From assembly GCA_937625935.1 (NCBI GenBank), contig OW569382.1:248001-312000 (forward strand): DNA of 64,000 bases, written 5' to 3'. The position numbers were made by a program, and so were the translations under genes. Position 1 is the stretch's first letter. Each line of letters begins with the position of its first letter. The DNA comes from Tetramitus jugosus. Taxonomy: Eukaryota > Protista > Heterolobosea. Positions 54,112 through 64,000 of this stretch are shown piece by piece. Below the pieces are notes generated by a model. The model saw only the letters and a program-made list of their open reading frames with translations. It searched no databases and was not told the origin of the DNA.

Positions 54112-55647
54112 AATTGGGGTGATCAGAAGTCAATTTGTTTCGCTATGCTGGGAGCTCAACTAGCGATTGCCAAAAGGCACATTGTGCATTCTCAGTTCAA
54201 AATCCCTACATTAGTTATTGATTCCTCCCATTTTAAGGTGATCAAGCAAGACTCACACTCCCAGATGGTAAAAATTGTCTGTGTAATTCATAACCATGTC
54301 GTTCATGAGCACTCCCACTTGTAAATTTGTTTGTAAATACAATCAAGATATTTTTGACTAGATAACCTTCAAAGGTCAAAAAGCTCCATTATGATACGAA
54401 AATCGAGAGGACTCAGCAGCAAACAGGATGAGCTCAGGCGTTAACAATTCTGGTTGCTTGACTAGTTCACAGTTTTTGCATTCTCAAGAATCTTTAGTTC
54501 TCTATTTTTTCTTGTTTCTTCTTTGACCCTGTCCCCGTTGAGGTTTGTGAAGTCCGAGAGCTCTGACACCAGAATGCCTGTGGTTTGATCTCCTCTTGAT
54601 ATTCTCTGCGGCCTGCATAGTTTTCGTATCTTTCATAGATGAAGGAATTCCTTGGACGCAGCGAAACAGTGTTGAATGCGACAAAGTGATTTCCCTCAAT
54701 GTTGCTATGTTTCTATCGGTGGAGAGGTATGGAGGAGGAATATGTATCAACGATTACAAAGATAATCTAAAGGATAGATCTTGCATCGAGATAGAAGTAC
54801 GGATACTTCTTTTGGATATGATGTCAAGCATCTTCAAACACTCATTCGGTCTATCATATCCAACATTCGTCTTCGTGAGACATGTAATATGTCAAACTTC
54901 TCTATTGTTCTCCTCACCTATTTTAATATGATTTTTATTATGTCCAAGATGCCATGCAAAATCGGATACCTTCGTCTACGGTCTGATCAGATGTGGGTGT
55001 AATCGATGCATGCCGCAAGCTTGAGTTGAAAGTCTGTAAAAAACGCTCAGATTCCCATTGCATACTGTAGTTTGACAAGGTTATGTTCATTTCAAGGTCT
55101 CGAAAGACTCGAAATGGTTGATATAGAAAGGAAAGCTTTTGATAAAGTTATGGATGTAGTAGTGAAATGAAGTAGGTTTCAGTGTGTCGGAATCTATTCG
55201 TTGTTCTTGATATACACCCCATGGATAATGTCTAATCATATCAAGACAGAAAGATGTGGTAAATGTCAATAAATGTATGTATATCAATATTGCCCTGTAA
55301 AGACTGATAGGAATCTGTTTCATATCTGTTTAATTATCTAGATACATTGATTTTTCAAACATAAGATGTAATATCTGAATGTTGAGCTGTGCCAACGAAT
55401 TGCAAAAACTAGATTCGTTGATCAAGGAGCATGCAGATCAATTCCTCCTTCCACCTTCTGAGAAAAGTTTAATATCTGGACGATCCCATTCTGGTTCAAA
55501 GTCGAGAGTGAGACTCTTTTATTGAGTCCGACACTGTTATAAATATTGGATTTCGGTGACTACAATGCATATCCTCATTTGACTGGCAGGCACATAAAGT
55601 TTATGAGTAGCAAAAAAATATATCGTTTGTTTTCGCTCAGTATGCGA

Positions 55648-58231
55648 TCATTGTTTAGTTGCGAATAGCGACATATCAGCATCAGTCGCACACACCAGCC
55701 GACGATCATCGGGACTGAAATCAAATGAAACAATTGGTGCGTTAGCTTCCATCCTGACCACTTCATTGTTAGTTGGTTGAGAAACGTCCCAAAGAGCCAC
55801 CGTGTTATGAAAACTTGTCGCTAGAAGAGTGGAGCCGTTTGAATGCCCCCAAGTCGAATAACGTGCTGAGGAATGTATAGGGCTTTCATTTTGCTCAAAT
55901 TTATGAACAGGACGCGATGATTTCCTCAAATCGTAAACTAGATGACTAGAGTTTCGCATTGACACGCACATATATTGATCATCATTGCTAAATGAGCAGG
56001 TAGAAATGTTAGTATCCTGAGTTGTTAGACAAGGCTTCATATTCAATTGTGTCAAGGGATGTGAGTCCTTTTTCAGTCGCAAATCGAAAAGATTCAACTG
56101 AGAGCTGGAGCAGGTGGCCAGAACAGTTCCAGAACCACTCAGTTGAAAAGATGATATATCCCGAGTTCCAAAAGGCAGTACACGAACGGAATTTTGTCGC
56201 ATATCTGAATCATAGCTCAGACAACGAAAATCAAAAATTGTGACACACCCTTTGCCGTTTGATGAATCTGAAAGACCAAATAACCAATCACTAGATCTAT
56301 TCTGGCCAAATCTGATATGAGAATATTCTGTCGCTACGGGTGTTTTTACATTCAAGAATGTTGGGACCGTGGCCTTGTTCTCACCCGTTTCTACATCCCA
56401 GATCATGATCTTACAGTCCTTGCTGGAGGCAGCAAAATATCGTTCATAACAGGGGTGAGGGGCGATAGAATTTACACTGTGTCTATATTCTAAACCATAT
56501 TGATTATGTCAGAATGTTGTCTAACAAGTTTGTTGTAATATACGATCAATACATACCAATAGAAAGCAACTCACTACCGCATGCAGGATTAACTATCCGA
56601 ACCGCATCATGGCAACCAAGCATTAAAAATCTCCCATTGCAAGAATGCATGGCAGCCCTTACTTGCGATTGCAACTTTATACTCGTGCACTGTTCATAAT
56701 TTGTCGAGAGTAGTACCTGATTGGATTTGTCCCCCGTTACTGCCACTAAGTGTCCCAACTCACTAAAACTAGCAAATCGGACGGGTCCAGAGTGAAGTCG
56801 ATTGCGCACATGTCCCTTCCTCCACTCCGACGTAGGATTCGATGGATTCTGCGAGCGATAACACAAGGATTAATATCTGGATCAATTGACAAGAATTTAA
56901 AGTAAAAATTACTCACCATTTCATATCGTTCATGATATTCAAGAACGTATCCGCTAATAAATGTAAACAACATCCAGAAATGAGTAAAAACTATTCAACC
57001 ATATCATCAAATAAAAAAGAAAATGTACATACTATTGCGACTTATTGTTTAGAACATCATCCAAATAGACTTGAATCGAAATCAGATTACGCATCGGTAA
57101 TCGATCGCAAATACTTGGATCCAATTTTTGCTTCTTCTTCAAAAAATCACGAATCACAAGTTGTTCCTCTAACGAGAAAGGATAGTGCAACAATTGACCG
57201 TTACTCAATCCAAGACCACCTAAATACTCAGTCAATTCTTGATTCGTCATGTCTTCTGTCAAATGACGACATACTTCAGATGAAATGTACGGCTTTAACG
57301 TAAAATTCTTTGTGAAAAACCTTTCGCTCTTTTTGCGTATTTTGTCATTCGTCCAACTGTGCGTCTCCATGCGAAACGATGTCATTGACGGTGTTAGGTT
57401 AAATCGAGGGAAAGGATCATTCGGCAATATCTTATCAATCGAATTCTCTTCTTCTAGCTCCAACAGCGCTACTCTTTCCAAATAAAAATCCGAGTCAGCA
57501 GCATCGTTCAATGCCAATAATTTCGCATAATACTCTTGGTCACATGTCGACACAGAACATTGATATTTGTGATTGCGTATTAATGGACACAAACTACTGT
57601 ATCTGCTCTGATAGGGGAATGTGTCCTGAGTCACATTTTCAACTGCACCATCATCATCATCCTCGATAGTATCGTTCGTTGTTGCTTGATCTCCACTCAG
57701 AGCTGGAGAGGACTTTCTTCGTTTTGATTCACTGATTGTGCCTCCATTCTGCTTGACTGTTGTTGAATCATCTTTCGATCGATTTCTCTTGTTGGAATCA
57801 CTTGATTTGGATGCCATTGAAATACTCTTGCATTGTTTCTCTGCAATTCGATCACATGGAGAAGTTACATTAATGAATGAAAATTTTGATGAGTAAGCAA
57901 TCAACAACAACAATTTTTAAAAAAATGGTAAATCGGACAAGCCGATCCTCTACTCAAAGCACACACACACGTACTCTTCTCCTTAATCTTGTTAATTTTT
58001 TGTTCGAGAGAAATGAGTTGCTTCAATGCCTCCATCTCCTTCTCCATTCTGTTTCACGACACAAAATTGATGAGAAAATGAACGATCAGTGTTAGTCGCA
58101 CACATTCAAAACTTCAACAATCTGTTGATGAGATCCAAACAGAGATAAAAAATCAAATCCATGTTTGGTTGATTGATCACATACTCTCCAAGAATATGGA
58201 TGGTTTGAATAATGTTAAAACCGGACTGCAT
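55648..58231 (-). CDS. WD40-repeat protein, 6 exons (possible DCAF)
   Basis: Five GT-AG introns join MQSGFNII..., MEKEMEALK..., the 57032-57913 ORF, YGYVLEY..., NPSNPTSEW... and EYRHSVNSIAPHP...IWDV in frame. WD repeats carry FDFR/FDLR/YDLR. Confidence 0.7.
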
Positions 58232-58354
58232 TTCGACAAACGTTTCAGAGAGACAAGTGAATGCGACGTTCGGGTGTGATTGTGTTTTTTTTGGCTGACA
58301 GAAAATTGAGCGGGATGAAGAAGAAACCGTTTTGGTCAAGCGGAGAAATTACAG

Positions 58355-59947
58355 TTAAAATTTTCGCCATTTGTCTCTAGAGTTGGGAGTTATGCTTACA
58401 GAGGAGGATGTAGGTGTCATTCTTCTTGCTTGGCTTCTATTGTTTCCATTTGGTGGAGAGCGCCTGTTATTGGGAGCTGTGCTGGGTCTTGGAGGGCTTC
58501 CACCTGACACGACAGCTCGGCTAACGGGTGCATTTCTCATCACTCGCACCTTTTGTTGGCTAGCTCTTAATTCAGAAGCATCCATCGCAGAATTATTGTT
58601 GAATTGTGAGGTTTGTCTAGGCGCAGGTTGCTGAGTCGGGAAATAGGGCTGGTTGGGAGGTTGGTACTCCTTAACATATTGGTGTATGTGCGCTGAGGTT
58701 GCCGCGGGGATTGGTTCTCGAGGCATCATCAAATCTTCCTCATTGATATTATTCTGGCCCATTTGGGGACTATGATTCGATTGATCATTCTCAAATAGGT
58801 GTCTCAACATTGTTTCTTCTACTTCAGCCTCACTGAGATTAGGAATAGGGTTCTCTGTCGTTCCCTTAATGATATCTAAGAATTGATTATTCATTGCACA
58901 GACACCTCTCATCAAAGCTTTCTTCAAATTCTCTTGCAAAACTCTCTTATCCTTGGTCTCGTGAAGCAATCTAGAGTTCAACACTTCGATCTGTTGTCTG
59001 AGCTGGTCCATTTTCATATCATAATCGTTCTTTAATTCAGCTACAGTGGTGTCTAATCTCAGTCCCCAGATTGCATCACTGCTACTCTGTTTATGCTGAA
59101 GTATCCAGATGTACCAACCTTGAAGAATGCGCCGCTTTATTCCCCTCAGATAATGCTTCCTTGCGATAATTGAAAGTGTTGCAGTTCTCTTCTTATCATG
59201 AACGTATTCTCTCCACCTCATGAAACATTCAGCCCTCAAGGTTTTTAGATGTTCTTGATGGCGCACATGAGCCACAAGATCAGCCATTCTAAATGTTAAA
59301 CCTTTAAATTTGTTCAAGTAGAAATCTCTCTTCTTCACTCCTTCGATGAGCTTCTCAATCCTCTCCTCCCTCTCTGCAATGATACCTTCCTTCTCATTTA
59401 TAATTTTCCTCAACTGATCTTGTGTTTTCTTGTGTAACTTTCCCTTCACATCAAAATATTGAGACTACCCAAAGATAAATTGAATCGTTAGAATATTATC
59501 ACAGAATGAAAGAATTCTAGACATGAAAATAATCCTTACCATGATTTCCTTTCGAAGATAGTTTGAAACATCGTTTAGCTTTTCCGTTAAGCTCTCTACA
59601 TCATAGCTGGTTTCATCATTGAATATTGCAGAAGTATTTTCGTCCACTTCCTCTGATAATTCACTTGGATTTATCGCACTATGTTCACCTTCATGATCCT
59701 CATGCTCCTGAAAAGACTGCTCGTTAGACATTTCACTTCGATCTGCGATGGAAGCGCCAGTCGTTGGTGCCACAGTAGTTACAAAAGATGCTCTTCTTGT
59801 TGCAGGTCCTTGCAAAGATGAAACTAAAGAATTGTTAGAGCTCGATGGAACTCCATTACTTGAAGGCTCTTGTACGAGAAGCTGGTCATCAGAGTACTCA
59901 TCATCGTCATAGTCTAATGATGCACGAGAACTAAACATGGGGTTCAT
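58355..59947 (-). CDS. POC5: Centriolar protein POC5; intron 59465-59539
   Basis: Centrin-binding-type repeats (FMRWRE, LQGWYIW) and the POC5 box LKKALMRGVCAMN. Confidence 0.85.
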
Positions 59948-60326
59948 TTTTTATTGCGAGCTGGTAGAGCACAAGGTGATTGTTCTGCTGATTCTTCTTT
60001 CCGACACAAACTAATTTTTTCGTATGGTGTTTTTGGCGCCAATGTTCGAGCGGTGAAGTGTGTGATCACTTCTCATGAGCTGCAAAAGTGAGACACCAAA
60101 GGTTCAGGAAGCTACGGCAACATTTCCCAACATCCACTCCCTCCCTGGCCCTTGAATGGCTCAACGGAATGTGTGAAGAAGGCTATTTATGATTCGTCGA
60201 GTATTATTGTAACACCCACGAAAGCTGACAACTTTAAAAAAAGTTCCAAATCTCCTCCCACCATCGAAAACGAACTAACATTGGTACCACCACTTTTACT
60301 CATTAAAACTATCAACAAACTACAAT

Positions 60327-61377
60327 ATGTCTGGTATGTTTTTTGCACTATTGTGATTATTGTTCTCTCATCTATCTTGTCACCAAAGATCACAAGAGGG
60401 CAGCAAATTTTTGTGTTGCTTGTGTGTGGACTCTCCTTTGATCCGATCAAAAAAAAGCTAACTTACTTGTTCTACTTCCACCAACCACACTAGACACAGA
60501 ACAAAATGAAGGAAGCAGCACTAGCGTAGCTGACACTACTCCAGTCACTACCACCACTCCAAAGGAAACTGTCGCAAAGAAGGTTTCCAACTACAAGGCA
60601 CCTGCCAAGGGTGAATTCCCTGTTCGCTTCGATCTCGGCAACCAGAAGCCAATCGAACAATTGTCATTCTTTGACATCTTCTTGTGGAGAAACTTGTTTG
60701 TCTCTGGTGTCTTGTTCCTCTTGGTCCAAGCTGTCTATTTGCTCTTGACTAGATATCAATTCAGTGTGATCACACTCGTTGGTAGAGTCGTCCAAATTCA
60801 AGTTGTCGTTTTCTTCTTGTACATTGTGTTTGCAAGAATCGTCAAGAACACTTCTGGAAGGTAGGGTGATTTTTAGTTGAACTTTTTGATGTTTTCACTT
60901 GGTTGGATTCGCAATTTTGCTAACGTTCATTTTTCTCTTATTTTTTTATTGTTTGTCATTGTTAACATTAGCATTGTGTTGCCATTGACTGACTTCAAGG
61001 TCAGCAAGGAATTGCTTGAGCCATACGTTCATGCTATTGTTGAGAAATTCAACTCTTTGGTTTCTTGCTACGTTGATATCCTCATGTGCAAGGATTTGTT
61101 GAAGACCATTCAATTCATTGTTGTCGTCCAATTGGTTTGCATCGTTGGAAAGAAGGTTGAAGGTTTGAACTCTGCTTATGCCTTGTTGAACATTTTGTTC
61201 GTTGTTCCATTGATCTACGAATGGCAACAAGAAAAGATTGATGGTGCATTTATGCAAGCTTGGGCCAAGGTGAAGCAATTGCTCGACCAAGGTCTCACCA
61301 AGGTTCCTCCAAATATCAAGACTCAAGTCGTTGCTATCGTTGACAAGATCCAAGGAGGAAAGCAAAAGAGCCAATAA
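60327..61377 (+). CDS. Reticulon-like protein; introns 60334-60493 and 60861-60971
   Basis: 7-nt first coding exon ATGTCTG. Reticulon homology domain DIFLWRN...VPLIYEWQQEKID. Confidence 0.85.
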
Positions 61378-61597
61378 GTAAGTTGATATCAATCACACTC
61401 ATGTATGAATTAAACAATACCGGATTAACCTATGACCAATGACGACCTTCCAGATCACCTTTTACCGTAGTAATTTTGTTTTGTTTGTAAAATTCAACCG
61501 TTACGCTCAATCTACAAATATTTGTCAGACTGAAAAATTTCAACAGCGACAGAAAAAAGCTGAACAAAAACACCAGCGATATCACTTTTTGTACATT

Positions 61598-64000
61598 ATG
61601 AACTATGAAAAGGGCCAAAGAGTCTTTTTCAACCATCCTTCCGAGTCTTGGATTGTAGGCAAGGTTGACAAAATTGAAGAGAATCCACGAGCAAAAAATA
61701 AGACAAAATATTGGTGCGTACCTGAAGAAAAGTCGATCAAGGTAAGTGTAGCAAATACTATATACGAGTCAACTTGTTTCTTGGTAATATTGACATCAAC
61801 TGCTTGCTAGGATGCGGCAGTGTTTGCTGATGATCTTCTGGATTTAAAGGGAGAAGCTCTCGTTGCAGAGAATGAAGATTTATTGGAGATGGATGAACTA
61901 CATGAAGCTACTTTACTTCGATGCTTAGAGAATAGATATAACAAGGATGTGATCTATGTATGTAACACCATTACTACCACAATTTTGTTCAACAACAATC
62001 GTTCTAACTTTATGTTAACGTCACAAATTCAATAGACCTTTATTGGATCCTTAGTGGTATCATTTAATCCATTCAAATGGACAATCCCTTCGTACCAAGA
62101 TGATCAGATGGTAAACTATATTCAACGGAAAAAGACACTACCTCATGCTTGGTCTGTTGCAGATAGAGCATTCAGAGACATGGTCGAAGGAAATGGTAAC
62201 CAAACAATGTTGGTTTCCGGGGAATCAGGGGCAGGCAAAACGGAGGCGTGCAAGACAGTAATCAAATATTTGAGTGAGTTGAGTTGTAGTATGACAACAG
62301 ATGAAGCCATTAAGACAACAGCTTCCAACATTGCCCAGAGAATTCAAGAGTCTTCTCCAATTTTGGAAGCTTTTGGAAACGCAAAGACAAAAAACAATGA
62401 CAATTCATCTCGCTTTGGTAAGTTTATCAAACTCCAGTTTGATAGAAATGGAATTATCTTGGGAGCGGATATCGTGAATTACCTACTGGAGAAATCTCGT
62501 CTGATTATGCAAGGTCCCAATGAGAGGGGTTATCATGTCTTTTACCAACTGTTAGCTGGTGCCACTCCTGAGGAGAAGGCCAAACTGAAATTGACTTGTC
62601 CCGAAGATTTTGTCTGTGTGATGAAGGGTCAGTGCACAAGGATTGACGGAGTCGATGATGAAGCAGATTATAAACACGTTCGCAACGCTATGAACATTGT
62701 GGGTATGACAGAACAGGAACAAGAAGCAATTTTTAGAGTTGTAGCATCCATTTTACATTTACAGAACATCACATTTGCAGGGAGAGAAGATGCTTCGGTT
62801 GTAGAGAACGAAAACGTACTTGCTACAGCTGCTGACTTGTTGATGATTGATAAGGAGGGTCTGCGTTCAGCCCTGACAACAAAAACATACACTATTATGA
62901 ATAAGGAATACACATCTCCCTTAATGCCGGACAAAGCTTCAGACTCTAGAGATGCTCTATCCAAAAGTTTATACGATAATATGTTCAATTGGATTATTTG
63001 GAAGATTAACGAGAGAATTTGTGCGAAGGAGTTCGATAGGTTTATTGGATTACTCGACATTTTTGGATTTGAAATGTTTGAAGTCAACAGTTTCGAACAG
63101 TTCTGTATCAATTTCGCGAATGAGTCACTTCAAGGTCATTATAATGCTTACACTTTTAAGAGAGACAAAGAAGAATGTATTGCTGAAGGAATTGACACAA
63201 AAGATGTTTCATTCAGAGATAATCAGCCCTGTATTGATCTGATTCAAGGAAAGTTTGGCATCTTGTCTATGCTTGATGAACAAAGCAATTTTCCAAAGGC
63301 GACAGATATGACCTTCTTAGAGAAGTTAAAGAAGAATTTTGAAAAGAAACATCCATTCTTCCACATGGATCCTCGAAAGAGAGAAGAATTTATCATAGAA
63401 CATTTTGCTGGTAAGGTTGAGTATAATGTCTCCCAATGGCTGGAGAAAAATCGTGACTTGTTAAAGCCGGACTTAATCACTCTAATGAGTTCAAGCAAGT
63501 GTGCTTTTGTCAGCAAACTGATTCCAGACCAAATCGATGGCAAGAAGTTAACAGTAGCAGGATCATTTAAAAAACAACTACTTGATTTATTGGGTGTAAT
63601 TAATTCTACCAACCCTCACTGGATTCGATGTATCAAACCTCATCCCGCAAAGAAGCCTAATATGTTCAGTAGACCAAATGTCATGTCCCAACTGAGATCT
63701 TCAGGAGTTCTCGAAACCATTCGGATCAGAAGAGAGGGTTATAGCGCTCGAATTTTGCTTCAAGAGTTCTGGAAACGGTACCGTATTTTGATAGACGAAT
63801 CAACCACGAATGATTACAGAGCTTCCTGTATCCGCATTATCGAGAAGGTTAAATTCGACAAAGTTAAAGCTCAGATTGGAAAGACCAAAGTATTCTTGAG
63901 ATCCTATGCCTATGCTGAGATTGAACAACTCAAGAACTTAAAACTCCTCAAATCAATTAAGACTCTACAGAGATTCACTCGAGGATGGTTAGCTAGAAAG
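61598..64000 (+). CDS. Myosin heavy chain (motor domain, 3'-partial); introns 61742-61810 and 61958-62035
   Basis: GESGAGKTE, LEAFGNAKT..NDNSSRFGK, YLLEKSR, LDIFGFE and WIRCIKP. The frame is open to the window end, where an IQ-like motif begins. Confidence 0.95.

Noticed and set aside
1-64000. Stop-codon reassignment (UGA=Trp)
   Set aside because: Conserved genes are intact under the standard code, Trp is encoded by TGG, and TGA, TAA and TAG all terminate genes.

Overview
This is a gene-dense eukaryotic nuclear window that uses the standard genetic code and has short GT-AG introns (mostly about 70-170 nt) and N/Q-rich proteins. The gene repertoire suggests a free-living protist, most likely heterolobosean/Naegleria-like (inference only). 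It holds about 33 host protein genes and two tRNA genes (Trp-CCA, Asn-GTT). Three things stand out. (1) A family of non-LTR retroelements inserts about 40-55 bp upstream of tRNA genes and points away from them. One short, target-site-duplication (TSD)-flanked copy sits beside tRNA-Trp. A stacked array with repeated TSDs sits beside tRNA-Asn and includes an intact ORF1-only element. (2) A head-to-head pair of paralogous CHASE4-HAMP-adenylyl cyclase genes has lost complementary catalytic residues, which predicts an obligate C1/C2-type heterodimer. (3) There are unusual fusions: UBE2Q-like E2 + UFD1 + UBX, tandem DEDDy exonucleases + Ycf45-like AAA ATPase, and MYND + FKBP. Also present are a shugoshin-like gene, a bacterial-type TsaE, and a U27-C43 mismatch in both tRNAs. 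All family calls come from motif recognition by eye; no database searches were run.
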